Shown: positions 1 through 11,114 of the stretch, piece after piece
How the letters are laid out: the number at the start of each line of letters is the position of its first letter
How positions within the stretch are numbered: the stretch's first letter is position 1
IMG/VR virus record: IMGVR_UViG_3300035520_000158
Direction: 5' to 3' (one strand)
From: an uncultured virus (IMG/VR IMGVR_UViG_3300035520_000158)
Taxonomy: Duplodnaviria; Heunggongvirae; Uroviricota; Caudoviricetes; Crassvirales
DNA: 64,000 nt
Program-made: the position numbers and the translations under genes
Notes under the pieces: model-generated
The model's database searches: none
What the model saw: only the letters and a program-made list of their open reading frames with translations
Told to the model about the DNA's origin: nothing

Positions 1-783
1 TTCAAAAGAAGTAGGAGTATAACTTACAGTAAGATCTTCTGAAGATTCTTCAATATAAGCTTCTAATTCAAATTCATTACTACTAACATTAGTTAGCACT
101 TTACCTTTAATAGAAGTAGTTGTTGCAGCAATAGGATCATTATCTACTGAAATACTTACTTTACCTTCAGCATCTTGAGTAACAGGAATAGTAACTGAAT
201 TTCCACTAGCATTAGTAAGTATTAAATTACCACTTCTAGAAGTTGAAGAAGTATTTTCAGAAACCATATAGTCATATACCTTAGTAGAATCAGAAGTTTC
301 AGTTTCATTTAAACTAAGACTTAACCAAGAAGGCCTCTCTGTAACACTTACTTTTGATTTACTATATACTGTTAAAGTACCATCATCTGAATCACTACTA
401 AATGATAATTTTGTAGCTTTAGTAGTAATTGGATCAGATTCATCTTCAACTATAAAGTAGATTTTGTCATCTTCTTTTGTACTAAGAGCTGCATATTCAA
501 CTTCTGTAAGTATAACATAATTCTTATCAGCACTAATATTAGTTTCATTTGAAGCATCAGTTATCTTTACAGGTGTAAGATTCTTAGCATAACCTACTAG
601 TCTATAAGCACAATTCTTTGTTGAATCAGAATCTGAAGTAACGGCAACTATTTGTCCTGCATAAGCATAAAAGCCAGAACAATAACTGACTAAATCTGCG
701 TATGTATCAAAAATACTATCATTGTCAATTGGACCACTATAGTTTCTAGCATAAGGTCTATTTATCGCTGTAGTTGTAGCCAT
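1..783 (-). CDS. Fibre/structural protein with BACON-like domain (partial, runs off window start)
   Basis: ATG at 783, open frame to the window edge (MATTTAINRPYARNYSG...). Contains ERPSWLSLS...VSENTSSTSRSGNLILT...TIPVTQDA, a BACON-like pattern. Confidence 0.65.
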   Translation of the reverse strand, partial: MATTTAINRPYARNYSGPIDNDSIFDTYADLVSYCSGFYAYAGQIVAVTSDSDSTKNCAYRLVGYAKNLTPVKITDASNETNISADKNYVILTEVEYAALSTKEDDKIYFIVEDESDPITTKATKLSFSSDSDDGTLTVYSKSKVSVTERPSWLSLSLNETETSDSTKVYDYMVSENTSSTSRSGNLILTNASGNSVTIPVTQDAEGKVSISVDNDPIAATTTSIKGKVLTNVSSNEFELEAYIEESSEDLTVSYTPTSFE

Positions 784-793
784 AATTCAAGTA

Positions 794-2770
794 TTAATTT
801 GTTATTTTTATTGTAAACGTTTCATCACCTCTAATTGTAGGATGACCTTCGAAGTAATAAACAGTATATTCAACAACATCAGAAGAACCATCATCATGAG
901 GATCTGTAATGTTAATAGTTGCAGTAGACATTATATCTATTTCATCCTGCTTAGAAGTATTATTTATAAACTTAATACTCCAACTAGAAGGAATTGCAAC
1001 ACCAAAGAAATAATTACCTTCAGTTTCATATACAGTATCTTCAATATTAATTGATGTATCATCATTACTAGTTAATGAATTAGTAACTTTAGTCCATTGT
1101 TTAATACTAGATTCTGTAAGATTAATAGCTGAAGCAGCTACAGTATCGTTAGACTTAAAATAGCTATACTTAGTAGTAGGAGTTACAGTAGTATCTGTAG
1201 TAGTTTTAGGCTTTTGTGTAAGATTAGTACAAGCATTTATATAAGAATAATACCAATAATCAAAGCCAAATGTATCAGTTATATCTTTACCTGTAGTATT
1301 CTCAGACATTGTAGTTATAGTATATCTTCTAGTTATACTACCATCAGAATTTGTTGTAACATCTTCTTCATAGTAGTTAAACTTAGAAGTATCTATATTA
1401 AGATGTCTTTTTAAATCAGGATGAGAATAAGTAACCTCTACAGTATTTTGACTACCTTTAGTATAATCAAATTCTAGTTCACTAGCTGCAACTTTAATCC
1501 ACATATTTGTAGGTGTTGTAGTAGAACTTGAATTATCATCACCATTGTTATTATCACCACCTGTATTATCTTCAGTATCTCCATTGTCACCACTGTCACC
1601 GGTATCACTATTATCTCCGTTATCAGGGTCTGTAGGAGTTTCAACTTTACTAATATTATTAGTAAGAGTTAAATATTTTATAGTGCCATCTACTTCAAAA
1701 GGAATTACAGCAGTTACACCATAATTATCTATGGTATCATACAATATAGGACTTACTTTTAATACTGTAGAAACTGTACCATCAGGATTATTTGTAACAG
1801 ATTCAGTAACAAATGCAAAATCTGTACCATTATAAGTATATTTAAAATCACCTTTATGAGTAACAGTTACATAAGCTGCTTTATCTTCTGTAAATATAAT
1901 AGACTCAGGATCTAAATCTAATATCTCTGTAGTATCTTCACCATCTTCATCACTAACATCTTTAAATATTAATGATAAATCTTTAGAAACACTTCCAGCA
2001 GTATATGTTATAACAACTTTAATATCAGAACCTGTAATATTATCTTTGTTACTATAATACTTTATTCTAACCCAAGTAGTACCATCTAAATTAGTTCCTG
2101 TTTCATCTATTTCTGAAACATAATAGTCTGAATAATCACTACCTTCTTTAATTTTAGTAGTGTAACTTTCAGCACTCATAGTTACTATAACAGAAGCTTT
2201 GCTACTACCATCTTCAAATACTATTACACTAGGAGTAATATCTATAGATTCCTGTAATTCTTTAGCATTTTGAACTATTTGGAAAGTTTTTACTATAGTA
2301 TCATCACCATTAGTACCATAAAATCTTATAGTATAAGTATCATCTATATGAGCATCATTTGCAGGAATACTAACTGTTATTTCTTGAGTTTTGGAGTTTA
2401 CTTTATATTCTCCTGTAGAAGGAGAAATAGTAAGTAGGTTATTAGCAACTACTTTCCAAGTACAATCTTTATTAGCTGTAAGTTTAAATACTAGCTCCTG
2501 AACATCAGCTGATACTATTATAATATCATCATCATGCTCAACATTTGTAGTAACATTAAACTCAAACTCTTCATCAGTATTACTATCATCAGGAATATCA
2601 GGTTTCTGATTACCAGAGCAGCAATTATTTTCTAAATACTCTACTTTTCTTTCTAGAGTATAGAACTTTGAATATAACCTTCTTAATAGAGCATTAACAT
2701 CGGTTACTACTAATTCACCATGATGTATATTAGGTTCAATATAAGGAGGTTTACAACCACACATTTTCAT
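794..2770 (-). CDS. Acidic Thr/Asp-rich fibre protein with Ig/BACON-like repeats
   Basis: 658 aa. N-terminal coiled coil, repeated beta-rich units (TWKVVANNLLTISPSTG...IVQNA) and a D/N/G low-complexity linker. Lies in the structural block. Confidence 0.6.
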   Translation of the reverse strand: MKMCGCKPPYIEPNIHHGELVVTDVNALLRRLYSKFYTLERKVEYLENNCCSGNQKPDIPDDSNTDEEFEFNVTTNVEHDDDIIIVSADVQELVFKLTANKDCTWKVVANNLLTISPSTGEYKVNSKTQEITVSIPANDAHIDDTYTIRFYGTNGDDTIVKTFQIVQNAKELQESIDITPSVIVFEDGSSKASVIVTMSAESYTTKIKEGSDYSDYYVSEIDETGTNLDGTTWVRIKYYSNKDNITGSDIKVVITYTAGSVSKDLSLIFKDVSDEDGEDTTEILDLDPESIIFTEDKAAYVTVTHKGDFKYTYNGTDFAFVTESVTNNPDGTVSTVLKVSPILYDTIDNYGVTAVIPFEVDGTIKYLTLTNNISKVETPTDPDNGDNSDTGDSGDNGDTEDNTGGDNNNGDDNSSSTTTPTNMWIKVAASELEFDYTKGSQNTVEVTYSHPDLKRHLNIDTSKFNYYEEDVTTNSDGSITRRYTITTMSENTTGKDITDTFGFDYWYYSYINACTNLTQKPKTTTDTTVTPTTKYSYFKSNDTVAASAINLTESSIKQWTKVTNSLTSNDDTSINIEDTVYETEGNYFFGVAIPSSWSIKFINNTSKQDEIDIMSTATINITDPHDDGSSDVVEYTVYYFEGHPTIRGDETFTIKITN

Positions 2771-2961
2771 AAGTTACTTAGGAGTTTATGAAGTTCTGAA
2801 TAATCTTCTGTAGTTAGATATTCGTAGAACATTTCTGAAAATTCATTTACAAAACAATGTATAATTAGTTTATCAACTTCTGCATCTGGTCTATAACCTA
2901 TTTTACTTAAAGTATCAAAATAGCTTGATAATTTATCGTATAATATTTCGTCTGCATTCAT
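2767..2961 (-). CDS. Small structural protein (tail hub-like by synteny)
   Basis: Probable start MNADEIL at 2961. Position downstream of the ring and auxiliary capsid genes. Confidence 0.45.
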   Translation of the reverse strand: MNADEILYDKLSSYFDTLSKIGYRPDAEVDKLIIHCFVNEFSEMFYEYLTTEDYSELHKLLSNL

Positions 2962-3787
2962 GACAATGATGTTTTGAATGTGAATTTTCACATATAAAAT
3001 ACTTATTATAAAGCTTAATAGCTTGTGTATAATTACCAAACTCTAAGCATAACATAAGTGCTTTATATCTTAATATAAGATCTACAAATCTTCTAGGAGA
3101 AGTGCATTCACAATTAAGTTCTCTAATATAATTCATAGCCCTGCTATAAAGTAAGCCAGAATTAATAGTTACACCTAATGTATATTCAGAATCTTCTCCA
3201 CAAGGAGTATTTATTGCAGGATTACCTTTTGTTTTAACATAAACAAATAATAAATCATCTATATTACCTAAAAGCTCTTGCTCTGGTATTTCTATTTTAA
3301 ATCTCTTAGAATTTGTATGATGTATTACATTAAAAGTATCTTCTGCAACATCTACTAAATATATAGATTCTATAGGAGTACAGAAATAAATTGTAGCTTC
3401 TTTAAAGCTTATAATTTTACCATTAAATTCTACTTTTAAATCTTTTACTATAATAAATTTACCATCAAGAGAATAATCTTTAATAGTATAATTATTAGGA
3501 ATAAATTTATCAGCAAATATTTTAACAGTACAATCTTTAATAGTAGCTATGATGTAAGTACCTTCAAGGCTAGGTTTAATTATATTACCTATATCCAAAT
3601 GTCTTTCACCTTTTATCTCTTTACAATAAATAGGAGTGTTACTGGGGCCTGAAGGAGTATAGGTTTTTTGATTATCTATAATTATAGAATCTAAGTAAAC
3701 ATCTTCATAATATGGAATATCTAAAATATTAATATCCACAATTAAAGATCTTTTAGGAGTTATTTTTAGAGAATTAAAATGTACCAT
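2933..3787 (-). CDS. Structural protein (tail hub-like by synteny)
   Basis: 284-aa ORF with a Cys-rich C-terminus, in crAss-like structural gene order. Confidence 0.5.
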   Translation of the reverse strand: MVHFNSLKITPKRSLIVDINILDIPYYEDVYLDSIIIDNQKTYTPSGPSNTPIYCKEIKGERHLDIGNIIKPSLEGTYIIATIKDCTVKIFADKFIPNNYTIKDYSLDGKFIIVKDLKVEFNGKIISFKEATIYFCTPIESIYLVDVAEDTFNVIHHTNSKRFKIEIPEQELLGNIDDLLFVYVKTKGNPAINTPCGEDSEYTLGVTINSGLLYSRAMNYIRELNCECTSPRRFVDLILRYKALMLCLEFGNYTQAIKLYNKYFICENSHSKHHCHECRRNIIR

Positions 3788-3805
3788 ATTATAAAAGGGT
3801 ATTAA

Positions 3806-3835
3806 AAGAGGTAAGAATTTATATTCTTACCCCTT
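3806..3835 (-). terminator. Intrinsic terminator after the auxiliary capsid gene
   Basis: Inverted repeat aagaggtaagaat/attcttacccctt between genes. Confidence 0.55.
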
Positions 3836-3847
3836 ATATTTAAATGT

Positions 3848-4822
3848 TTACTGTACAGAAATAACATCTACACCAGCTTTCTTTAATGCTGCTACTATAG
3901 AGTTAGCAACACTTTCTGTTTCACAAGCTATTGTAAGTGTCTTTTCTGACTTCTGAATATTCTCATTAGAACCTACATAAGAATAATGAATATCTATCAT
4001 TGTATACTCTTTAGTAGGATCTACAAGATACTTAGTAGGAATAACATAAGGCCAACCTACAAGACCATATTGATCACCTCTTTCCTTCATATAGAAGTAC
4101 TCCATATCAGCAACCAATTTACCATTACCTACAGTTACTTCAGAATCAGCAGGCTCTACATGACCCCAAATAGGTTCACCACCTTCAAATGTAATAGTAG
4201 TAGGATAAACCTCAAAGAATACAGGCTCTGAAGCCTTAACACCGGGAACCCACTCTTGCTCTATCTCTGTTATTCTTACAGCAGTGTAATCATCAGTTAG
4301 TGCATCTAATTTAGTAGAAGCCTCTACATCAGTAGTACCTGCAGCAGATACAAGTGAAATTTTAACTAGCTTAGATACATCTCTGCAAAGATTTAATGCA
4401 AATGAATGAGCTAATACTTTATAGAAGTCAGAAGCTGTCATACCCTTGAAAGCTCTAACTGTACCATACTTAAAGTATTCATCTTCATCTGACATACCTG
4501 CAAATTGTCTAAACAGAATTCTTACTACATAATCCTGACCAGGTACAGGTTCACCGCCATTAACCTTGTCACATAGAGTAACATCTACTGCTTTAAGCTT
4601 TCTAGCTGATTTACTAGCAGGAATTAAAGCTGCAGTCTGAATAGAATCTAAAGCAATAAGATCACTTCTTAAAAGAGTGTCAGCACCCTTGTAAACTAAA
4701 TATACATGATTCTTAGAATCAGTACCAATAGCTAAAGTTTTTGCAACATCAGACTCTGTAACAGCATCTTTAAAAGTTTTTGCTACATACAGATGTCTTG
4801 CTTGATTAGTTGAAAATACCAT
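3848..4822 (-). CDS. Auxiliary capsid protein (crAss001 gp36-like)
   Basis: 324 aa, MVFSTNQARHLYVAK start. Fourth gene after the MCP, as in crAss-like phages. Confidence 0.65.
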   Translation of the reverse strand: MVFSTNQARHLYVAKTFKDAVTESDVAKTLAIGTDSKNHVYLVYKGADTLLRSDLIALDSIQTAALIPASKSARKLKAVDVTLCDKVNGGEPVPGQDYVVRILFRQFAGMSDEDEYFKYGTVRAFKGMTASDFYKVLAHSFALNLCRDVSKLVKISLVSAAGTTDVEASTKLDALTDDYTAVRITEIEQEWVPGVKASEPVFFEVYPTTITFEGGEPIWGHVEPADSEVTVGNGKLVADMEYFYMKERGDQYGLVGWPYVIPTKYLVDPTKEYTMIDIHYSYVGSNENIQKSEKTLTIACETESVANSIVAALKKAGVDVISVQ

Positions 4823-4839
4823 CTTTAATGAGTATTAAG

Positions 4840-5553
4840 TTAAACATTAGTATTCTGCACTTTTTGTTTCTTTCTGGTTGCAACAGCTAAAGTTACTGCT
4901 CTCTCCAGTATATCTCTGTGAACCGCAGAATTAAGTTCACATTCTGATTTTTCTCTATAACCTTCTATTGTAGTAAAGTCATCTAAGTCAGTTAATATAA
5001 TAGGCTTAGGCTTTCTGATATACTTTACTAAATAAGATTCTATATTGAATTTAGATACAAGCTCTACTATAAAACTAGAATAATCTAATCTAAGTACCCT
5101 TCTATGATTTGTACCTCTAAAAGGATTTTTTAAAGTTCTGTGTAATTCATCCAGAGTAGTAGGAATAATAGCTACATCATTACCATTATAACAACCTAAC
5201 TCTGAATCTTGTAAAGCAGCTGATTCATAAATTATAAACCATAAATCTTTATCTAATTCAAAGAATTGAGATTTATAGGTACCATTTACAGAACTTGTAT
5301 ATTTACCTTCTACAGGATCCTTAATCTTAGTGACTACTAAATTACTTAAATATCTTCTGATTTCTTCTGTACTTTCAAATGCATCAATTGATTTAGTACC
5401 TTTGTAAGAATCTATAACCAAATTATTTTGAGCTTCTGTTAAAAATACAGATTTCTCATACTCATTTAAATCAGATATAGTATCTAAATTATTCTCTATA
5501 GCAAAGCTATTATAGAGTACATCAAATTCATTTGAAAATTCTTCAGTAGTCAT
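4840..5553 (-). CDS. Tail ring/adaptor protein
   Basis: Paralog of the neighbouring gene (EFSNEFDVLYN...EYEKSVFLTEAQ...HRDILERAV). Synteny. Confidence 0.65.
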   Translation of the reverse strand: MTTEEFSNEFDVLYNSFAIENNLDTISDLNEYEKSVFLTEAQNNLVIDSYKGTKSIDAFESTEEIRRYLSNLVVTKIKDPVEGKYTSSVNGTYKSQFFELDKDLWFIIYESAALQDSELGCYNGNDVAIIPTTLDELHRTLKNPFRGTNHRRVLRLDYSSFIVELVSKFNIESYLVKYIRKPKPIILTDLDDFTTIEGYREKSECELNSAVHRDILERAVTLAVATRKKQKVQNTNV

Positions 5554-5555
5554 AA

Positions 5556-6287
5556 TTACTCAGATCTTTGTCCTAGTTCTACAATAGTCTTATCTTCGCC
5601 AGTATAAGCTACTTTAGCCAATTCTACTGCTCTTTGTAATATCTCTTGATGAAGTTCTTCAGGAAGTTCACTATTAGAATCATTACCTGTAGTATCTAAA
5701 GGCTTTACCTGACCTTCTATTGATACTCCTGTATTTTCTAAATCTACAGTAATAATAGGATAAGGTTTCTTCAAATACCTTACAACATAAGAGTTTATAA
5801 CAGATATATTAGATATTATTTCTACATACTTAGCAGTATCTGCTGAAGTACCAGACATTAATCTCCAAGCTTGATTCTTACAAGGATATTTATAAGGCTT
5901 AGACATTAATCTAACATATTCATCATAAGTAATAGGAATTACTTGGTATTGCTTACCTTGAGAATCTCTAATAACTTCATTTATAACAAGCCAAATATCA
6001 TTATTAAATTCAAATACTTTTGACCTATTATCAATTTGAGGATTAAGAGTTTTACTAACTAAATTAGCTACTCTTATAAGAGAGCTAAAATCAGCTTGTC
6101 TTTTAGCATTACCATCAAATCCTGTTTTATATTTATTACCTTCAGGAGTAAAATAGTTCTTTAGAATTTCATACTGAGCCTTTGTTAAGAATACTGATTT
6201 TTCATATTCAGTAAGACCAGGAGCTTGATTACTAGCTATATTGTTATAAAGAACATCAAATTGGTCAGAAAACTCAGTGGCATTCAT
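5556..6287 (-). CDS. Tail ring/adaptor protein
   Basis: EFSDQFDVLYN...EYEKSVFLTKAQ...HQEILQRAV. Tandem paralog. Confidence 0.65.
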   Translation of the reverse strand: MNATEFSDQFDVLYNNIASNQAPGLTEYEKSVFLTKAQYEILKNYFTPEGNKYKTGFDGNAKRQADFSSLIRVANLVSKTLNPQIDNRSKVFEFNNDIWLVINEVIRDSQGKQYQVIPITYDEYVRLMSKPYKYPCKNQAWRLMSGTSADTAKYVEIISNISVINSYVVRYLKKPYPIITVDLENTGVSIEGQVKPLDTTGNDSNSELPEELHQEILQRAVELAKVAYTGEDKTIVELGQRSE

Positions 6288-6296
6288 AATTATATA

Positions 6297-7319
6297 TTAT
6301 TGAAGTTTTTCTTGAACTAAAGCTTGAATGGAGAATAAAACATCTTGATGCTTAGGCTGATTCAAATACTTAGAAGCAATATTTAATGTAGGCTCTTCAC
6401 CATTTTCACATAAAGGTAAATTATTAGATGCTACATACAAATAATTACCTCTATTTGTAATTACACCTGTTTCAATACCTTTCTTAATAAGTATCTTAGT
6501 ATCAAGCATAGGATCTGTTACAGTAGCTAAGAATCTCTTACTATTAAGCTGTATAAGTTCATTAACCTTAGTCTGTAAAAAGTCCAGCTTAGAATTAGCT
6601 GCTGTAGGTCTATTAGTAAGAATTTCAATGATAGTTCTAAGTTTATAGACATCATTTTCAATTTTACCAAATTCCTTATAGCACTTCATAGTAGCTGTCA
6701 TATTACCCTTAGCTGTCTTTGTTTCCTCATCATCTGCTACAATAACAAATTGATAAGAGGCTTTAGGTCTATCCTCAAGTTCCTGTAATGAAGGTGCTAT
6801 AAAATTCTTATTTGCAAGAAGAATCTTATATCTAATATAATCTTCGGGATTTGACAAATCTAAGAAATTATCTTGCTTAGTAAGTCTTACAGTATTAATA
6901 CCATTATTATTACTATCATCCCAGAAATTATCTATCTTCTTATATATACTTAGAGCATTATACTCAAGACCCATAATCTCTTCAAGAAATGCTTTTTCAC
7001 TATCTGTGAGTACATTTACATACATACCAGATGATAACCTGGGTACACAGAATGTTCTTATAGAAGTTTCACCCATACCTCCTGCTAATACGTGTTTAGG
7101 ATTACCATTCCATAAACCAGCAGCTTTAGGTATAAATCTTACTATAACTCTTTCATTTCTAAGACAATTTACAGTACCTTCAGTATTTTTGTGAAATTCT
7201 CTAGGCTCTGTTTTTACTACTTTTTCTATTGTATCTTCCTTAGATTCTACCATAGGAATCTCATTAGAAAGATCAAAATTAGGAACTTCTACGTCCTTCT
7301 CCATTTTAGTTTTGCTCAT
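6297..7319 (-). CDS. Conserved crAss-like protein downstream of MCP
   Basis: 340-aa ORF immediately after the MCP terminator. Confidence 0.6.
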   Translation of the reverse strand: MSKTKMEKDVEVPNFDLSNEIPMVESKEDTIEKVVKTEPREFHKNTEGTVNCLRNERVIVRFIPKAAGLWNGNPKHVLAGGMGETSIRTFCVPRLSSGMYVNVLTDSEKAFLEEIMGLEYNALSIYKKIDNFWDDSNNNGINTVRLTKQDNFLDLSNPEDYIRYKILLANKNFIAPSLQELEDRPKASYQFVIVADDEETKTAKGNMTATMKCYKEFGKIENDVYKLRTIIEILTNRPTAANSKLDFLQTKVNELIQLNSKRFLATVTDPMLDTKILIKKGIETGVITNRGNYLYVASNNLPLCENGEEPTLNIASKYLNQPKHQDVLFSIQALVQEKLQ

Positions 7320-7346
7320 TACTTCTCCTTTTAAAAATTAAACTTC

Positions 7347-7383
7347 TATATGCCTATGATATAAAACCATAGGCATATAAAAG
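7347..7383 (-). terminator. Intrinsic terminator after MCP
   Basis: tatatgcctatg/cataggcatata inverted repeat. Confidence 0.65.
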
Positions 7384-7392
7384 TATTATAAA

Positions 7393-7541
7393 TTAACCAT
7401 TTAATACAGCAGGTATCAATGAGATTGTTCTTGTAGGATCAAGAATAAATACACCAAGAGTTGCCATCTTGTGAATTATTGCAGCATCCTCCTCAAAACT
7501 CATGTGAGGATTACCTAGCTGACCGGTAAAGGGATTTCTCA
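7393..7541 (-). CDS. Major capsid protein, exon 2
   Basis: After the intron's terminal G (7542), TG AGA AAT CCC restores WG-L-RNPFTGQ...PAVLNG*. Confidence 0.85.
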
Positions 7542-8353
7542 CATTATTGTTACTAATATATCGTTTCCATATATTATCTCTAACTTTCATTAGAGGTCAG
7601 ACTATATCTTCATTAACATTATAAATGTTAAGCAAGGCATTTCAGTTTCACTTGAAACTTACTCCATATAGGATAGTCGTTGAACCTTCAATTATAAATA
7701 GAATTATAATTGCTTGGCTGCTGGTTATCCAATCTTTCACATTGTTTCTTTTTACGAATTATGTTTTTTAAAGTAGTATATTTGATATTAAACAAATGTG
7801 CAAGTTGATTTACTGAATATAATGTTCTTAGTTTATCAATTTGAGAAACTTGAAAATCTGTAAGTATTGTATTTTTAGGTACATCTTTACAAATTTTTCT
7901 ATTTCCAAATTGAAATGAATGATAAACATTTTCTTTAGGTGTTACCCATTCAAGATTTTCAACTTTATTATTTGTTCTATTACCATCTATATGATTAACA
8001 GCTGCTTTATTATCAGGATTAGGTATAAAAGCTTTTGCAACTAATCTGTGTACAGGTTGTGATGTCCATGTTCCATCTAATTTTTGAACACTGCATCTGC
8101 AATAACCATCTCTATCTTTAGCAAATTCTGTTAATATTCTTTCTTTTCTAGTTTTATTAGAAGCTTTTAAAATTCTTCCAAATGAACTTACTTTAATACC
8201 CTTATATTCATCTAGGGTTTTCCATAATTCTTTAGTTTCCATAATTAAATGTTTGAAACTTAAAAAGCAGTGAAAGCTCTAAGGAACTTCCAGCAATTAA
8301 CCTTGTTTATTAAAGTGGGATCTGAGAATGTGTAAACGCTTATTAAGCGGCTA
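7542..8353 (-). mobile_element. Group I intron (812 nt) in the major capsid gene
   Basis: P AATTGCTGGAA, Q AACCAGCAGCCAAG, R GTTCAACGACTA, S AAGATATAGTCT. P1 GTGGGGTT/GATCCCAC with U.G at the splice site. P10 TTCTCA/TGAGAA. Terminal G. Confidence 0.92.
7688..8242 (-). CDS. Intron-encoded NUMOD4/HNH homing endonuclease
   Basis: [37 protein letters not shown] and a C-terminal HTH-like segment. Confidence 0.9.
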   Translation of the reverse strand: METKELWKTLDEYKGIKVSSFGRILKASNKTRKERILTEFAKDRDGYCRCSVQKLDGTWTSQPVHRLVAKAFIPNPDNKAAVNHIDGNRTNNKVENLEWVTPKENVYHSFQFGNRKICKDVPKNTILTDFQVSQIDKLRTLYSVNQLAHLFNIKYTTLKNIIRKKKQCERLDNQQPSNYNSIYN

Positions 8354-9710
8354 AACCCCACTGATATGATCTTAATTCACTTTGACCCTTAATAGCAGCC
8401 TTCTGAATATTAGGCTGATCCATAGAACCAATGTACATTATATCATATCTATAAGATTGTGCAGGACCACCATTGGGGTGCATTATCTTATTTCTTACAG
8501 GATCATCATACCAATCATCAACTTCAATTTTTACTCTTACACCATTAGGAGCTTTATACTCTACAAACTGGAAACCAGCACTTAGAGCATTAGAATGAAG
8601 CTCAGATTGAGTCTTTTGAATAACACCAATAGAACTATTATCAAGTACAAATTGTGTCCAACCTGATACTGTCTTTAATACCTCTTTATGGAATTGAATA
8701 GCACCTCTTTCACCTGTATGTAGAATGAAGTATCTATCATTTAAACCTAACTTAGAAGCACTTAAATCATAAAGTGCATCCTCAATAAGTTTAATAGAGA
8801 ATGTATTGTAATATCTGGTATTAGCATAAGACATCTGCTCAAGAATACCTGCACCTGTCTTAATTACATTGCCTGATTTACCAATATTTAGATACTCACC
8901 ATTAGCATTTCTATTGCTTCTACCAAACATTAGAGCATTATTCTTATACTCTGAGAATTGTACCTCAAGCTCATAGTCTACATAGTGCATCCACATATTC
9001 TGTACTGTATGCTTACCAGCAGCATCAACTACAGGAATACCACAAGCTAATTTCTTGCCAAGGTTACTACCAGGTTCCTTATGCTTAATACGAATAGTAG
9101 TCCACTCATTTCTCATAGCTACAGGACTAGAGAATCTAATGTCACCTACACCTCTAGAAAGTTCTCTTTCTACAGGAGCAAACTCTACTGAGAATCTCTC
9201 ACCTGCAAGTAATCTCTCAGGAGGAACACCTATTGTATTAGCAGCCATAAGCTCTACCTTATAAACTGCATTGGGACCCTCAAGAATAGCATCACCTAGT
9301 ATTCTAAACTGATAAAGCTCATTGAAATTACCAACAATAATTTCACCATCTGCAAACCAATCTTCACCAAATACCAGATAGAAAGGAGCAGTACCAGCAC
9401 CTACATTAGTTGTAGTTTCCGCAGTAACTACTACACCATTTTCATCTCTTGCCTCTAGCAAAGGAATATTTCTTCTTGAAGAACCAATTACATCCCAATA
9501 GAACTCACTATCATCCTCAAATTCCTTAGTAGGGAATTGATTCAAGAATGTATCTAGGGACTTACCTCTGTGGTAAGCTAAAAGCTGTACCATAAGATTA
9601 GTGGCTTTCTGAGGAGCTAATTGGAAAATACTACCAAGGTGTGAAGCCTTAGTTAAACCTTTCCAATGCTGAAAACCTACCATCTGAAACTTGCCTAATT
9701 TTCCAGCCAT
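8354..9710 (-). CDS. Major capsid protein, exon 1 (spliced product 501 aa)
   Basis: MAGKLGKFQMVGFQHWKGLTK start typical of crAss-like MCPs. The frame stops just inside the intron. Confidence 0.88.
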
Positions 9711-9753
9711 ATTATTTTATATTTTGGATTTGAACTAAATGTCTATTTAAAGT

Positions 9754-10947
9754 TTAAATATCTAGTCTTAAACCATTTCCAAAATAACTTTGATCATCAT
9801 CATTCTCATTAGTTACAAATCTTAGTGAACCATCTGAGTTTCTTGATGTATTATTAAGGGTTTGTTCTAGATTCTTTAAACCTTGTTTAACCTCCTTATT
9901 TACCTTAGATTTAATTAAAGTATTAATATCTTTAAATCCATTTGTAAGAGTAAATAGTAGGCTTACATTCTTCAAGAACTCTACCTTATTTTCAGCTTCA
10001 TATTTCTGTAAAGCTGTAAGATAATTTCCTTCAGAATCTTTATATACAGGCTGTGTAATAGCTTCAAATGCTTTCTTTCTAGTATTCTTATCTACTACTA
10101 CATCACCAAAGAATTTCTCACTATTAAGTATAGAATCCTTTAGTTTATTAGCCTGTTCTTGCTGCAATTTAAGAGCAGCTTCCTTCTCTTCTTTTGCTTC
10201 TTTAATAAGGTTATCATAGTTCTCTTTAAAGAACTCCTTATTACTATTTAAAGCCTCTTTAGCATCTTCAATATCTGAACTTGCATTAATAGATTTTTGA
10301 ACTTCTCTTGTAGCTCTTTCTTTGCTATAACCTCTATTAATAAAGTCTTGATAAATTAACTGCTTTCTAAGATTCTCTCCTTTTTCTGATTCATCTGAAA
10401 GCTGCTTATTGTCAATAGACTCTAAGTAAGATAATGCATTCTCATATTTCTTTATTTCAGAAATTTCTACATTATTATTTAGTGCTTCATCAATTCTTTT
10501 TTGTCTTTCATCAAGACCAGCTTTAATTTGTTGATCCACTAAATCTCTAAATGCAGCTGCATTATTTACTTTCTCATATTCAGAATCTTCAAGGTCTGGA
10601 AAGATACCCTCTTCTTTAAAGGCTTTAGCAATGGAAGAGAAGATATTAGGAGAAGTATTACCCTTATCGGAGAGGGTATCTTCCTTTTCCTCTTTTTTAT
10701 TTTTTCCACTACCTACGCTCTCTGGATCAGTAAATAGGTTATCTACATCAACCTCAGTAGTTTTATCATCTTTATTCTCTTTGTCTTCTTTATTTTCAGG
10801 AGTATCATTAGGTGAAGTATTAGACTTATTGTCATTATTTTTATCTTCACCATTATCATTATTGTCTACAACTCCATCATCTGAAAACATACTCTCAACT
10901 TCTTCTTCACTAAGAATATCGTTGAAACTTAAATCTTCCATTTCCAT
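9754..10947 (-). CDS. Probable scaffold/capsid assembly protein
   Basis: Acidic disordered N-terminus plus coiled coil, directly upstream of the MCP. Confidence 0.6.
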   Translation of the reverse strand: MEMEDLSFNDILSEEEVESMFSDDGVVDNNDNGEDKNNDNKSNTSPNDTPENKEDKENKDDKTTEVDVDNLFTDPESVGSGKNKKEEKEDTLSDKGNTSPNIFSSIAKAFKEEGIFPDLEDSEYEKVNNAAAFRDLVDQQIKAGLDERQKRIDEALNNNVEISEIKKYENALSYLESIDNKQLSDESEKGENLRKQLIYQDFINRGYSKERATREVQKSINASSDIEDAKEALNSNKEFFKENYDNLIKEAKEEKEAALKLQQEQANKLKDSILNSEKFFGDVVVDKNTRKKAFEAITQPVYKDSEGNYLTALQKYEAENKVEFLKNVSLLFTLTNGFKDINTLIKSKVNKEVKQGLKNLEQTLNNTSRNSDGSLRFVTNENDDDQSYFGNGLRLDI

Positions 10948-10980
10948 GTGTAAATTCTCCTATAATTTTTACATATATTA

Positions 10981-11012
10981 CAAAGTTATTTAACATTTAG
11001 TAGTCTTTCAAT
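10981..11012 (-). promoter_or_regulatory. Bacteroidetes-type promoter for the capsid operon
   Basis: -7 box TAACTTTG (10981-10988) with ATTG 20 nt upstream. Confidence 0.55.
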
Positions 11013-11066
11013 AACATAAATAAATTTGTAAATAACTATTAGTAAAAATTACTAATATAATAACAA

Positions 11067-11101
11067 TAAAGGGATAGAAATATCACTATTTCCACCCCTT
11101 C
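11067..11101 (-). terminator. Intrinsic terminator
   Basis: Imperfect hairpin aagggatagaaat/atttccacccctt after the four-gene cassette. Confidence 0.5.
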
Positions 11102-11114
11102 TAAATATAAAGTA

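Noticed and set aside
1..2770. Diversity-generating retroelement targeting the fibre genes
   Set aside because: No reverse transcriptase or template/variable repeat pair seen in this window.
7542..7590. ORF-track start MKVRDNIW for a separate 65-aa gene
   Set aside because: This is intron sequence in frame with MCP exon 2.
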